From assembly GCA_041736175.1 (NCBI GenBank), contig JBGSUI010000161.1, positions 1-57,553 on the forward strand: DNA of 57,553 nt. Reading direction: 5' to 3'. The notes below the pieces were generated by a model, which ran no database searches, was not told the origin of the DNA, and was given only the letters and a program-made list of their open reading frames with translations. This document shows, piece after piece, positions 8,176 through 19,037 of this stretch; within the stretch, counting starts at the first letter, position 1, and each line of letters begins with the position of its first letter. Both the position numbers and the translations under genes were made by a program. Source of the stretch: Oligoflexales bacterium (GTDB taxonomy: Bacteria > Bdellovibrionota_B > Oligoflexia > Oligoflexales > CAIYRB01).

Positions 8176-10695
8176 ATGGGGGTTGATTTTATGAAGATCG
8201 AGAACATCTTTGGTGCAGCAGTGCTTGTCTTAGGGTTGATTTTTGCGCCTTGTGGAGGGCATTCATCGAATGCGATCGCAGCCGTCGTGCCCTACCAAGA
8301 CGCAGTCGAACAGATCAAAGCTCCGAGCTACTCCAGCAGCCAAAAAGCACTGCTTTTAGATCAACTCGATCTCGTCTTCCGGAACCTCTATGTCAACCGA
8401 GAGCTAAAAATCAAGGATTTTGGTGCTGATCATGACCCTCTCATCAAAATCGCAGCCCTTCGCTCCAGGGCCAACTCCCTAGACCCCCAAAGCTTTTCGG
8501 ACAAGGTCGCCGATATTTTTACAGGCCTCCATGACCTTCACACTGCCTTTAAGCCTGCTAAACCTTTAGCCTGCGCGACGGCCTTTGTGCCAGTCTTTTT
8601 TAATGAAGTCGATGCGGAAAATGCACAGGGTTCGGTGGTCCTGGTGGCAGGTAAGGCCCTTAAAAACTCTGGAGAAGCAGACTCGATCACCATCGGCGAT
8701 CAAGTGGTCGCTATCGACGGCAGGCCTGTGAGAGACCTTCTCAAGGAGCTTGATGCCCTCTCAGGTGGAGCTAACCCCGACGCCATGCGTGTTCGGTCCC
8801 TTGAACTCCTCAGTATGAGGCCCTTTGGGTCCTTGGCAAAACCCAGCAAAAACGAGATGGAGCTGGATCTCATTGGTAACAGCGGTCCCTACCGAGCAAC
8901 CATAAACTGGTATGCCCTCGTCGATGAAAACTGCCTATCAGGCAAGGAGTCACTTCCGATGGATGGACTCCAACCTTTTCCAATCGACTTCCCACCCATT
9001 GAGAAGGCGCGCATTCGAAAACCCCGCTTAGACATGGCTGTAAACCCTTTTCAAGATACATTTAATAAGATTTATGGCCAGAAGCCTCTCCTTGAAAATC
9101 CACTAGAAGACACACAGCCCCTTAGCGAACTCTTTGAGATGCAAACCATCAAGACTCCTGCGGGAAAACTAGGCTATATTCAGTTGAAGTCTTTTTATTG
9201 GGAGGACGAAGAGCTCGAGGTAGGTGTCGTGACGGAGACCTTCCGTCGAGAGCTGGAGCGCCGGTTTGGCGAGGAAGCCAGCGCACCGGTTAATGGCCTT
9301 ATCATTGATGTGCGGGGCAATCCAGGTGGTCTGATTCTTTTTGCAGAACGACTGGTCCAACTCTTTTCGCCCATGGGTACCGAACCCACGACGGTCCGCA
9401 TGCTGGCAAACAGTCTCAATCAAGAAATATTTATCAATGCCAACGGTGGTCCCAATCGTTGGTCCGAAAGTATCAAGAATGCTGTGGAGGAACGCCAGAC
9501 CTTCACTCGGCCAGAGGTGATCACGACGAGATCAGAGGCTAACAAGATAGGTCAGATCTGGTTTAAACCGGTCGTCGTACTGACTGATGCCAGCTGTTAT
9601 TCGGCCTGTGATTTGTTTGCTGCCGGAATGCAGGACAACGGGGCCGGCAAAATTATTGGCATCCATCAGACCACAGGTGCCGGAGGGGCCAATGTCTTGG
9701 AGTATAGTACTTTCCAAGCAATCATGGCCGCGGGTCCTAACCAACCTTTTGTTGATCTGCCTTTCGGTCAGGATTTTGGAATTTCTTGGCGACAAACCCT
9801 GCGGTCTGGCAAAAATCTGGGATTGATCCTAGAAAATAACGGTGTCCTATCAGATGTGGTGGTTCCTCTCACCAAGGCGGACCTTAATAAAGAATCTAGA
9901 GTCTTGATGGCAAAGATCCATGAGCAGATCGATCTCCTAGCTCCCGACTTGGTCAGCGGCGTGAAGAGCCAGCATCCCGGAGCGCGAGTCTACTTAGACA
10001 ATGGAAGCGAGGCCAAGTGGCAAGAAAAGGTTTGGGGGATCGATCGGTTAAGGGTCCTTAAGGATGAGGTAGTCATGGCCGAATTTCCGGTATCCTCGAC
10101 CCAAGCCACTTCGTCTAATCCCCAGATGATGGATGTGGAAATAGCAAACCTGATGGCAGAGTGGAAAGACCAACCATTAGTTCTTGTAGGGATGCTGGGC
10201 GATAAGCAGGTCTTTCGGGTCGTTCGCGAGTTGAGTTGGCGTGGTCCCTATTGGGAGATTCCCGAAGGAGGGATCATAAACACTTTCTCTACGAAGGAGC
10301 CAGACCCCCTTAAAATCGAAACTCTGCAAGGCAACGAAGGTTGGCAGGTTCAGGATGGAGTGTTGCGGATCGGTAAAGGCCCCCATTATGGAAGTCGCGT
10401 TCTCTCTAGAGCATTTCTACCTATTTACCTCGGGGGTCGCAGTGCTGTGGTCAGTGTCGATCTCAGTCTAGAGGCAGAAGACAACAATGATAGCTTAAGA
10501 ATCTACGTCCTCAATCCTGAAACAGGAGAAAGGCTCGAGGCCTTTGCTGGCTCTTCCCTGCCACAACAACGTGGAGTTAAAATAACCTTACCGCGAAATC
10601 AACAAAGGCTCGAACTGATCTTTGAATTTGAAAGCGACGAAAACTGGAATCTTAGGGGACCTGAGATCGATAATCTCAAGATCAATTATAAATAA
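8176..10695 (+). CDS. Secreted S41-family protease with PDZ domain (CPAF/tricorn-like) and C-terminal beta domain
   Basis: Signal peptide; LHDLHT; PDZ GDQVVAIDG; IIDVRGNPGG; YSACD catalytic Ser; GAGG. Start may be 8191. Confidence 0.85.
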   Translation: MGVDFMKIENIFGAAVLVLGLIFAPCGGHSSNAIAAVVPYQDAVEQIKAPSYSSSQKALLLDQLDLVFRNLYVNRELKIKDFGADHDPLIKIAALRSRANSLDPQSFSDKVADIFTGLHDLHTAFKPAKPLACATAFVPVFFNEVDAENAQGSVVLVAGKALKNSGEADSITIGDQVVAIDGRPVRDLLKELDALSGGANPDAMRVRSLELLSMRPFGSLAKPSKNEMELDLIGNSGPYRATINWYALVDENCLSGKESLPMDGLQPFPIDFPPIEKARIRKPRLDMAVNPFQDTFNKIYGQKPLLENPLEDTQPLSELFEMQTIKTPAGKLGYIQLKSFYWEDEELEVGVVTETFRRELERRFGEEASAPVNGLIIDVRGNPGGLILFAERLVQLFSPMGTEPTTVRMLANSLNQEIFINANGGPNRWSESIKNAVEERQTFTRPEVITTRSEANKIGQIWFKPVVVLTDASCYSACDLFAAGMQDNGAGKIIGIHQTTGAGGANVLEYSTFQAIMAAGPNQPFVDLPFGQDFGISWRQTLRSGKNLGLILENNGVLSDVVVPLTKADLNKESRVLMAKIHEQIDLLAPDLVSGVKSQHPGARVYLDNGSEAKWQEKVWGIDRLRVLKDEVVMAEFPVSSTQATSSNPQMMDVEIANLMAEWKDQPLVLVGMLGDKQVFRVVRELSWRGPYWEIPEGGIINTFSTKEPDPLKIETLQGNEGWQVQDGVLRIGKGPHYGSRVLSRAFLPIYLGGRSAVVSVDLSLEAEDNNDSLRIYVLNPETGERLEAFAGSSLPQQRGVKITLPRNQQRLELIFEFESDENWNLRGPEIDNLKINYK

Positions 10696-10719
10696 CATAG
10701 GCTGTGGCTAAGCTACAGC

Positions 10720-12726
10720 TTATCGGTTGATCCTATTAATTTCGTCGCGAAGTGCAGAGGTCGTAATCGTAAAGGACTTCTGCAATTTTTCTAGCAATTG
10801 GGCCTCTGGGAGGGCTTTTTCGGTCCGAACCCATTGTTCGATCTCTTCGCAAATATGAACCATTTCTGTAGCACCTAGATGCATAGCGCTTCCTTTTAGG
10901 GCGTGGGTGATCTTTCCCACCTCAGTTCGGTCATCATGGAGGAGCGAATCCTGGATTTTTTCGAGCATGGGTCCAGTGCGTTTTTCGAAGATTTCAAAAA
11001 CTTCACTTAAAACATCTCTACCTACTCGTTTTCCTAAACTCCAGAGATCCTGAATAACCTGCTGTTGGAGTACACCATCGTTGGCTGGTGCTGGCTCCGT
11101 AGACTTAAGCAGTCTATGGAGAGCCGAATCCAAAGTAGCAAGTTTTAAAGGTTTGCTGATAAAGTCGTCCATTCCAGAAAGTTGGCAGCGGTCACGCTCT
11201 TCGCTGGTGGCGCCTGCTGTAATGGCAACAATGGGCGTCCGTCTGCCACTGTCAATCTGTTGCTCGCGGATTCTTTTGGTCGCTTCAAATCCATCCATTT
11301 CGGGCATTTGACAGTCCATTAATATCACATCGAACTCACCGGCAGATGTCCAAGAAAGTGCTTCAAAGCCGCTCTTTGCTAGGGTGACTTCAAATCCAAG
11401 AGTGGTCATCATGGCTTCGATGACTTTTTGATTTACAAAATTGTCTTCGACGACCAGAGCTTTATGTTTTGGGCCGATCATAGCCTGATCTCCTAGGGAC
11501 TGGTTTTCGTTTTTTTGCTTTGGTTCACTCTTAGCATTTTTGCTCGTGAACGCGGGGGGATGACTTAATGATCCAAAATCACTTAGATAATCGGCTTGTC
11601 CCGCGTCAACTGCTAACGTAAGCTTGAGGGTAAACGTAAAATTGCTGCCGATGCCTTCCGTACTTTCGACCGTCAATTCGCCACCCATAAGGGTGACGAA
11701 TGCCTTGGAGATTGCGAGCCCAAGTCCTGTCCCACCGAAACGCCGGGCAGTCGAGCGCTCAGCCTGAGAAAAAGGGCTAAAAAGCTCCTTGAGCTTTTCA
11801 CTAGGAATTCCAATTCCAGTGTCTTCGATCGAAAATTTTAAGATAAGCGATTGGGGATTCGTTTGATCCAGTAAATCTACCTTTAGTATGACACCACCAA
11901 AAAAGGTAAACTTAAAGGCGTTGTTCAATAGATTGATCAAAATTTGTCTGATTTTAGTGCTATCTCCTAAAATCTGCCGTGGGACATCGGGAGCGATACG
12001 CAGGGAAAAAGAGAGTTTTTTTTCTTCCAGACATGTTTTGAACATGGAGACGCAGCTTTTTACCAGGTCTGAAAGATCAAACGCGCTGACATCCAGTTCA
12101 ATTTTGCCAGATTCTATCTTTGAAATATCTAAAATATCATTGACAATAGCTAGCAGTAACTCTCCTGATTCCTTAGCAAGGGTTGCTAACTCCCTTTGTT
12201 TGCTGTCCAGATTGGTGGCTAAGAGGAGATCTGTCAATCCGATGACACCATTAAGGGGAGTTCTGATTTCATGACTCATATGGGATAGAAAATCGGTCTT
12301 CATCTTTGTCGCCTGTTGCAACTCGCACCGAATCTGCATCCTGCGGAAGGCATAGCAGATGGATCTTGTAAGCAGATTTTGATCCATTGTGTCTTTTGAA
12401 ACATAGTCTTGTGCCCCTTGGTCGATGGCACTGATATAGGTTTCTTCGCATGATGTCGAACTTAAGATGATAATAGGAAGATCAGGAAAACGCCTGTGGA
12501 CGGTATAGAATGTTTCTATTCCTACCGAATCAGGAAGATTGAGATCCAAAAGCAAAACATCGATGTCGCGCTGCTTCTCAAGGATTTCAAATCCTAGGGA
12601 GAGAGTCTCAGCGACTTTTAAGTCAAATTGAGCCGTGGCCGTTTTGACTTGGAGAGAGTGGGCGATCAAACTTGCATCGGAGGGATCGTCTTCGATGGCA
12701 AGGACTTTATAAAGTTTAGGACTCAT
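10720..12726 (-). CDS. Soluble hybrid histidine kinase REC-HisKA-HATPase-REC-HPt
   Basis: [45 protein letters not shown]; no transmembrane segment. Confidence 0.93.
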   Translation of the reverse strand: MSPKLYKVLAIEDDPSDASLIAHSLQVKTATAQFDLKVAETLSLGFEILEKQRDIDVLLLDLNLPDSVGIETFYTVHRRFPDLPIIILSSTSCEETYISAIDQGAQDYVSKDTMDQNLLTRSICYAFRRMQIRCELQQATKMKTDFLSHMSHEIRTPLNGVIGLTDLLLATNLDSKQRELATLAKESGELLLAIVNDILDISKIESGKIELDVSAFDLSDLVKSCVSMFKTCLEEKKLSFSLRIAPDVPRQILGDSTKIRQILINLLNNAFKFTFFGGVILKVDLLDQTNPQSLILKFSIEDTGIGIPSEKLKELFSPFSQAERSTARRFGGTGLGLAISKAFVTLMGGELTVESTEGIGSNFTFTLKLTLAVDAGQADYLSDFGSLSHPPAFTSKNAKSEPKQKNENQSLGDQAMIGPKHKALVVEDNFVNQKVIEAMMTTLGFEVTLAKSGFEALSWTSAGEFDVILMDCQMPEMDGFEATKRIREQQIDSGRRTPIVAITAGATSEERDRCQLSGMDDFISKPLKLATLDSALHRLLKSTEPAPANDGVLQQQVIQDLWSLGKRVGRDVLSEVFEIFEKRTGPMLEKIQDSLLHDDRTEVGKITHALKGSAMHLGATEMVHICEEIEQWVRTEKALPEAQLLEKLQKSFTITTSALRDEINRINR

Positions 12727-13463
12727 AGCGATCCTTTAGCCGAGTTTTGTAACTCAATTTCACCTTTTAGATCGCCGCTGCTTGGACCTAGGGAGCCAAG
12801 GCGAAAGCCCTTTCCATAAACAGCTTCTATATGCAGATTCTGACTGACATCATTGAGGGCATCTCGGATAAGGTGGATCTTACGGTCTAGGGCTTTATCG
12901 GTAATTTTGATCGTGCCCCATCCCATTCTCTTAAGAGCATCACGTGGAACTATAGTTCCATGGGCATCAGCAAGGGCTAAAAAAAGCTGCAAATCCGCTT
13001 TGGAGAGGTGGCGCTCTCTTTTTTGGCCGCCGAGGATGTTGTGGACATTGTCCACTTTGATATCGCCGATTTGTCGTTGGGCAACAGCAAGCCGTTTTGC
13101 CTGCTCTTTCATACGGGCTTGGACCCTTGCTAAAATCTCCATAGGATTTATAGGTTTACGAATAAAATCATCAGCCCCGCTGGCAAGAGCCTCCCCTAAG
13201 CGTTCGTCGCTCGAATCAGCTGTCATCACGATAACCGGCACAAAACGCCAATGATTTTTAATCAACGGGATGGCGTCGAGTCCCGAGCACTCATCGTTCA
13301 AGTGGATATCCACAAAAACAGCATCTGGCGAAAGCTCTTGGACCTTGGCAGCAAGTTCCTTTACTGAACCAAACCGGATCGTTGGGATTCCACAGGCTGA
13401 TTCGATAAGACATTGTACGACTGGATCATCATCTAAAGTGACAGTATAGCCCACTTCTAACAC
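12723..13463 (-). CDS. OmpR-type response regulator (REC + winged helix)
   Basis: [29 protein letters not shown]; 4 bp overlap with the kinase gene. Confidence 0.88.
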   Translation of the reverse strand: MLEVGYTVTLDDDPVVQCLIESACGIPTIRFGSVKELAAKVQELSPDAVFVDIHLNDECSGLDAIPLIKNHWRFVPVIVMTADSSDERLGEALASGADDFIRKPINPMEILARVQARMKEQAKRLAVAQRQIGDIKVDNVHNILGGQKRERHLSKADLQLFLALADAHGTIVPRDALKRMGWGTIKITDKALDRKIHLIRDALNDVSQNLHIEAVYGKGFRLGSLGPSSGDLKGEIELQNSAKGSL

Positions 13464-13732
13464 TCCTATGCTTGTCCCCGCATGATCTTGCAGGAAATTA
13501 AACTAGTGAATACGCATGTACCACATCTACCCAATCTCTTCACTAGGTGCAATCGATGGTAGGATTTGCCACAAAAACATATCAATCCCATACTTTTAGT
13601 TAAAAAATTCTCCAATTGATATAAATTTGTTGGATTATCAGAGTCTTATAGATTGGTTTAAAATATTAAAATATAAATATTATCTAACCATTTTTGGAAA
13701 AATTAACCCCCATTTTACTTAAGGAGAGCCCA

Positions 13733-14113
13733 ATGAATCCCCACAAGTCCCCTAAGAAAGTGCTTCTCATTGACGATGACCCAGCCTATGGCTCTATCGT
13801 TGCTGCCATGGCTATATGTAAGAATATCGATTTGCATTTTTACGAAAGCCTTATTGAAGCAACCTATGGAGGCAGCCGGGTTGAGCAATTTGATAGCGCG
13901 ATTATAGATTACAATCTCGAACGGATGACCGGAATCGAAGTTTCCGAATACCTTGAACTCTTTTTTAAAGATATCCCAGTCATTCTCATCAGCACCGAAG
14001 ACCGATCCCCTCAAGAAGACCAACTTCCATGGCCTCCCTGCTTAAAAAAATTTATGAATAAATCTGAAGGCTATGAAAAGATCCTCAATGCCGCAATCGA
14101 ACTGACCGCCTAG
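13733..14113 (+). CDS. Single-domain response regulator
   Basis: AAGGAG RBS; VLLIDDD, IIDYNL, PVILIST, NK. Confidence 0.8.
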   Translation: MNPHKSPKKVLLIDDDPAYGSIVAAMAICKNIDLHFYESLIEATYGGSRVEQFDSAIIDYNLERMTGIEVSEYLELFFKDIPVILISTEDRSPQEDQLPWPPCLKKFMNKSEGYEKILNAAIELTA

Positions 14114-14297
14114 GGGAGAATTCGGTTCCTGAGTCGTTATAGGACCATTTGCCGCACCCTGCAGGGTCCAAAGGCCAGCCTTGGACTGGCAAAAGTGTGT
14201 GTACCTTTTTGGCCAATCATTGTAAAACAAAGAAAAGTTATCGAAATAGTTTTCCAGAATCTTGAGCTTTCGTAATATTTGGGATTGGAGTCCTTTA

Positions 14298-14738
14298 ATG
14301 ATTGACCAAAAGCTAGTCAGTGGCGATCCGCGTTTTTTAAAAGATCCTATCGTTCCCAAGGATCAGGTTTTCGAGGACGAAAGAGGGATGATTCTCCCAC
14401 TTGCTGACGAGCCTATGAAAAGTGCTGTCCTAATCACCTCAAAGAAAGGTACGGTGCGCGCTAATCACTATCATCATACGGATTGGCACTACTGCTACTT
14501 AATCAAAGGTGCCATTGATTATTATCATCGTCCGGTAGGCGATAGGCGACCCCCGCTTTTGGCTCAAATCAAAGAAGGCGATACCTTTTTTACGCCGCCG
14601 ATGGTTGAGCATGCCATGGTTTTTACGGAAGACTCAGCTTTTGTTTGTTTGGGTAGAAACTCTCGCGAACAAGCATCCTATGAATCTGATATCACACGAA
14701 TTAAACTCTATCCTTTGGACCCATCGATTGGAGCTTAG
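14298..14738 (+). CDS. Cupin protein (NDP-sugar isomerase/epimerase-like)
   Basis: FEDERG, RANHYHH, PPMVEHAM; first gene of the glycan cluster. Confidence 0.75.
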   Translation: MIDQKLVSGDPRFLKDPIVPKDQVFEDERGMILPLADEPMKSAVLITSKKGTVRANHYHHTDWHYCYLIKGAIDYYHRPVGDRRPPLLAQIKEGDTFFTPPMVEHAMVFTEDSAFVCLGRNSREQASYESDITRIKLYPLDPSIGA

Positions 14739-14744
14739 ATTGCT

Positions 14745-16019
14745 ATGGATATTCACAATCAACGAGTCCACCTTTTGCAAAACCAATGTCGTCTGTGCCA
14801 ATCAGAAAATTTAGAGCTGGCTTTTAAGCTTCAGCCCACGCCTCCAGCCAATGCTTTTGTGCTACCCTCCGAACGAAACACGCCACAGGTCGTCTATCCC
14901 CTTGATGTTTACTTTTGTGGGTCCTGTTTTCATGTCCAACTTCTCGATGTGGTTTCAGCGGAACATCTCTTTAAGGACTATGTGTATGTCTCAGGCACGT
15001 CCCCTAGCTTTGTCAGACATTTTGAACTCTATGCAAAGTCTCTAGGAGATTTTATAAATCTTGACCACCAGTCTAAAGTGTTTGAGATTGGCAGCAACGA
15101 CGGAACCATGCTGCGTTCCTTTAAGGAGCGAGGTGCCCAGGTCTTGGGGATTGACCCGGCCACTAAGATCGCCCAAGCAGCAAGTGATAGCGGTCTGTTG
15201 ACGATAAATGATTTTTTTACAAAGCCTCTCGCCAGGAAAGTCCAACAGGAGTTTGGCTCCTGTGATGTGATCGTTGCCAACAATGTCTTTGCCCATATCG
15301 ATGACCTGAGTGATGTGACTAAGGGTGTTAAAACTCTGCTTGCGCCAGAAGGAGTCTTTGCCTTCGAGGTTTCGTACCTGGGAGATGTGATTGAAAAAAC
15401 TCTTTTTGACACCATCTACCATGAACATTTAAGCTACCACTCAGTCATTGCGCTACAGCCATTTTTCCGTCGTTTTGGTTTGGAGCTTTTTAAGGTGGAG
15501 CCTGTGAGCACCCACGGGGGATCTCTCAGGGGGTGGGTGATGCACCAGGGGGCTCATCACAAATCTGATCACTCGGTGGAGGAGTGGATCGAAAGGGAAA
15601 AAGCCCAAGGTTTGTCCGAAGTCGACACCTTTAGGAAGTACTATCAAAAGATCGTTAGGCTTAAAACGGAGCTGAACTCTCTTATGAAGGGGCTAAAATC
15701 CCAAGGCAAGACCATTGCCGGTTTTGGTGCTCCGGCAAAAGCAACAACCCTTATGTATGAATTTGGTCTAGGTCGCGAGGTGATCGATTTTATGGTCGAC
15801 GATAGTCCCCTTAAGCAAGGGCTTCTGACTCCCGGGCTGCATATTCCCGTCTACCCCGTCACTGCTCTTTATGACAAAAAACCGGACTATGCCCTGATTT
15901 TGGCCTGGAACTTTGCCGAGAGCATTATCAAAAATCATGGACGGTACCTCCAACAGGGTGGACGTTTTATAGTCCCTATCCCCGAGGTGGCGATCACGTC
16001 GCTCTCAGAAATTTCGTGA
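14745..16019 (+). CDS. NDP-sugar C-methyltransferase (Zn-binding + SAM domain + C-terminal domain)
   Basis: CRLC...CGSC, EIGSNDG, ANNVFAH, IYHEHLSY, THGGSLR, GFGAPAKATT, LAWNF. Confidence 0.9.
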   Translation: MDIHNQRVHLLQNQCRLCQSENLELAFKLQPTPPANAFVLPSERNTPQVVYPLDVYFCGSCFHVQLLDVVSAEHLFKDYVYVSGTSPSFVRHFELYAKSLGDFINLDHQSKVFEIGSNDGTMLRSFKERGAQVLGIDPATKIAQAASDSGLLTINDFFTKPLARKVQQEFGSCDVIVANNVFAHIDDLSDVTKGVKTLLAPEGVFAFEVSYLGDVIEKTLFDTIYHEHLSYHSVIALQPFFRRFGLELFKVEPVSTHGGSLRGWVMHQGAHHKSDHSVEEWIEREKAQGLSEVDTFRKYYQKIVRLKTELNSLMKGLKSQGKTIAGFGAPAKATTLMYEFGLGREVIDFMVDDSPLKQGLLTPGLHIPVYPVTALYDKKPDYALILAWNFAESIIKNHGRYLQQGGRFIVPIPEVAITSLSEIS

Positions 16020-16118
16020 CAAGGGAAGCGTTAACAACCTAAACTCCTGGTTAAGTTGTCTTAGATCATAAATACGATAGGTGATCCCTCACTCAAGGGG
16101 CCATGGGAGATTTCTTGG

Positions 16119-16730
16119 ATGGGTTATATTAAAGAGGTTTTTGATGTTTCGTCCTTAGAGCAGGCAGCTAATGTTGTTTTGTCATTCGATCCCCAAGATC
16201 CCCTTAAGTTTTTTAACGAAACGCAGTTTTTGGTTGATGAAATCGAAAAATCCGGGGTTATTCATAAAAATAGCCTTGTCTTAGATTTTGGATGTGGAAT
16301 GGGTCGGGTGAGTCGGGAGCTTATAGGGCGGTTTGAATGTGAGGTGATAGGCGTCGATATTAGCCCAAGTATGCTGTCCTTTGCTGAGAGCTTTGTGGAA
16401 AACCCAGAAAAGTTTTCGACCTTTCAATCCTACGATAAAGAAGAGTCCGTTGATGTGTGTCTGAGCAGTTTTGTGCTCCAGCATGTGGAGCATCCCAAAG
16501 CGAGTATTGATACCATCTATAAAGTCTTACGGCCTGGCGGCATCTTGATCGTCCTCAATGAACACAAGCGTTTTGTACCGAGCAGCATCGATCGGCAGAA
16601 TTATATCGTCTGGGAAGACGATCACTTTGATGTCTTTAAGTCCCTTGAGAGCAAATTTACTAAAATAAATACAAAAAAATATCTCAATGAAAAATTGAAT
16701 ATTATTTTTTATCAAAAGAAAATTTCTTAA
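16119..16730 (+). CDS. Class I SAM-dependent methyltransferase
   Basis: VLDFGCGMGR, GVDIS, VLQHV, LRPGG; visibly AT-richer than its neighbours. Confidence 0.85.
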   Translation: MGYIKEVFDVSSLEQAANVVLSFDPQDPLKFFNETQFLVDEIEKSGVIHKNSLVLDFGCGMGRVSRELIGRFECEVIGVDISPSMLSFAESFVENPEKFSTFQSYDKEESVDVCLSSFVLQHVEHPKASIDTIYKVLRPGGILIVLNEHKRFVPSSIDRQNYIVWEDDHFDVFKSLESKFTKINTKKYLNEKLNIIFYQKKIS

Positions 16731-16753
16731 TCAATCAGGGGAGAAAGATAGCG

Positions 16754-17599
16754 ATGGATCTTTTATTGGTCTTGCAGACTCACTCCCTTGGGGATTCGCA
16801 GAAATCGCTTAACAAAACTCGATTTTGTCAGACCTCTAAGAGCCAGCTTATGGAACGCTGCGTGACTTCCTTAGGGAGATCGCTTATCTATGCCCAAAAA
16901 GCACTCCCTCAGCTTAACCTTGAATTCGTGATCTTCGATGATCATTCTGATGAGACTTCGGTGGCAAGTCTGCAGCGGATTTTAGCCCAATGCCCCTTTA
17001 AGACAGCCTTCTTCCCGTTAGCGACCCGGGGAATCATGCCCTCGATTTTGGCCTGTTACCAGCATGGCTATCGACATGGCAGAAAGTGGGTTTACTTTGC
17101 ACAGGATGACTACCTCTACGATGAGCAGGCGATCCTTCAAATGCTCGTTGTCAGTGAAGAGTTTTCCAAAAACCTAGGGTCCCCGGTCAGCATTTATCCA
17201 TTTAATGACCCCTATCGGTATGAACCACAAAATGCTGTTGAAAAGGTCCATCTGGTGCGTGGATGTGGTCGCCACTGGCGCACCAATTATCATACGGCTT
17301 CATGCTTTATGGCCCATATTGATGTCATTCGCCAGCATTGGGACCTCTTTTGGGAGTTTGGCAATCATCCCGTGACTTCAACTATGGAAGATGCGACCAT
17401 CAACCATCTCTTTATCTCAAGGGGGTTCTTTTTGTTTACTCCGATTCCATCTTTGGCACTCCATATGCAATATGATACAGAATTTGACCCTTATATAGAC
17501 TGGCAAATGTGGTGGGATGTCTATGGGCGTCCGCTGGAAGAAGGCCCTGATCTCATGTTCCCGAGGACGACTCCTAATCCACTCCTTTTAAACAGTTGA
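16754..17599 (+). CDS. GT-A fold glycosyltransferase-like protein
   Basis: IFDDHS, YFAQDDYL, RHWRT, PIPSLALH. Confidence 0.7.
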   Translation: MDLLLVLQTHSLGDSQKSLNKTRFCQTSKSQLMERCVTSLGRSLIYAQKALPQLNLEFVIFDDHSDETSVASLQRILAQCPFKTAFFPLATRGIMPSILACYQHGYRHGRKWVYFAQDDYLYDEQAILQMLVVSEEFSKNLGSPVSIYPFNDPYRYEPQNAVEKVHLVRGCGRHWRTNYHTASCFMAHIDVIRQHWDLFWEFGNHPVTSTMEDATINHLFISRGFFLFTPIPSLALHMQYDTEFDPYIDWQMWWDVYGRPLEEGPDLMFPRTTPNPLLLNS

Positions 17600-17616
17600 A
17601 TTTCAGGAAAAAAGCT

Positions 17617-18405
17617 ATGACCCAACTCTTTTTTTTGTCGGGACTGCCTCGGACTGGTTCTACCTTGTTGGCTTCCATACTTAACCAACACCCCCACATA
17701 TTTGCCACCGGGACCAGCCCGCTGATGGATCTGTTGTGTTTGACAGATAGGTCCCTGGCGACTCTCCGCGGGCAATATATCCTCGACAATGTAACCCAAG
17801 AGTCTAATCTCTATCTGGGACTTATAGAAAGTTTCTATAAGCATATCGAAAAGCCCATCATCTTTGATAAACACCGCGGGTGGCCTCGCAATGCTTCGAC
17901 CCTCAAGCGTTTTATCGAGCAACCGCGAATCATCAGTACCGTGCGACCGATCGCCGAGATCATTGCCTCTTATCTGACGTTGATTAGTAAACATCCACAT
18001 GAACGTAATTTTATCGACCGACAACTGATGGAGTCAGGCCAAGCACTCACCACCGAAAATCGGGCAAAGCTTATTTGGGAGGGGTATGTGCAGGATCCCT
18101 ACCAAAGCATGATCGTTGGTCTGCGCAACAATCCCCAATATATTTTATGCGTCGCCTATAAAGACCTCACTTCCCGACCATGGGAGGTCCTGGGTAAGAT
18201 CTTCGAATTCTGCGATCTACCACCTTATGGGGATTTTAATTTCCATAATATTCGAAACATCACTCCTGAAAAAGACGAGGAAGGGTGGGGGATGCCCGAA
18301 CTCCATAAAATTAGACCCGAACTAAAGTCTATAAGCACCCCTCCCCAGGAAATACTGGGATCGGTTTTGACAGATTATTTTAGTCAGTTTGATTTACCTG
18401 TTTAG
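17617..18405 (+). CDS. Sulfotransferase
   Basis: 5'-PSB loop SGLPRTGSTLL; 3'-PB motif VRPIAEIIAS; YKDL. Confidence 0.88.
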   Translation: MTQLFFLSGLPRTGSTLLASILNQHPHIFATGTSPLMDLLCLTDRSLATLRGQYILDNVTQESNLYLGLIESFYKHIEKPIIFDKHRGWPRNASTLKRFIEQPRIISTVRPIAEIIASYLTLISKHPHERNFIDRQLMESGQALTTENRAKLIWEGYVQDPYQSMIVGLRNNPQYILCVAYKDLTSRPWEVLGKIFEFCDLPPYGDFNFHNIRNITPEKDEEGWGMPELHKIRPELKSISTPPQEILGSVLTDYFSQFDLPV

Positions 18406-18431
18406 GGAACAGTAGGATACTTGGAGGTCTT

Positions 18432-19022
18432 GTGGGGAGCATTGCGCAGGAATTTTTAAATGAGGCCTTTTACCCCTCTCTCAGGGACCGGGGACCCACT
18501 TTTGCCCGAATGATCCACCATCTGGAAGAGCAAACCAATCACACCCACCTCTCCCAGATTATTGAGACAGGTACAGCACGGATCCAGGGAAACTGGGGGG
18601 GTGATGGCCAATCGACTTTGATTTGGGACTGGGTTGCCCAGCGGTTGCCTCTGGCGGTCACTTCCATTGATATCAGTGAACAGGGAGTGGCGGTAGCCGA
18701 GTCCCAGGTCCAACACGTTAAGTTTATCGTCGGCGATTCAGTCCAAACCCTGGCCACCTTTTCTCCTGAAGAGCTGGCTCGTGTCGGACTCCTCTATCTG
18801 GATTCTTACGACTGGACGCCTGAAACCAGCCTAGAAAGCTCCTTTCATCATATGGCCGAGTTGGCGGCCGTCTGGGCGCACCTATCGAGCGGTTGTATGG
18901 TAGCCGTCGACGACTGTCACAGCCAGTTTCAAGGCAAACATTTGCTAGTGTATATGTTTATGGAAAAAATGGGAATCAAGCCAGCTTTTGTCGGGTACCA
19001 GGTGGGATGGATCAAACCTTAA
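18432..19022 (+). CDS. Class I SAM methyltransferase-like protein
   Basis: IIETGTAR, SIDIS, GDSV, LLYLDSYD, VAVDD. Confidence 0.7.
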   Translation: MGSIAQEFLNEAFYPSLRDRGPTFARMIHHLEEQTNHTHLSQIIETGTARIQGNWGGDGQSTLIWDWVAQRLPLAVTSIDISEQGVAVAESQVQHVKFIVGDSVQTLATFSPEELARVGLLYLDSYDWTPETSLESSFHHMAELAAVWAHLSSGCMVAVDDCHSQFQGKHLLVYMFMEKMGIKPAFVGYQVGWIKP

Positions 19023-19037
19023 TGCTGAGGAGTTGCT

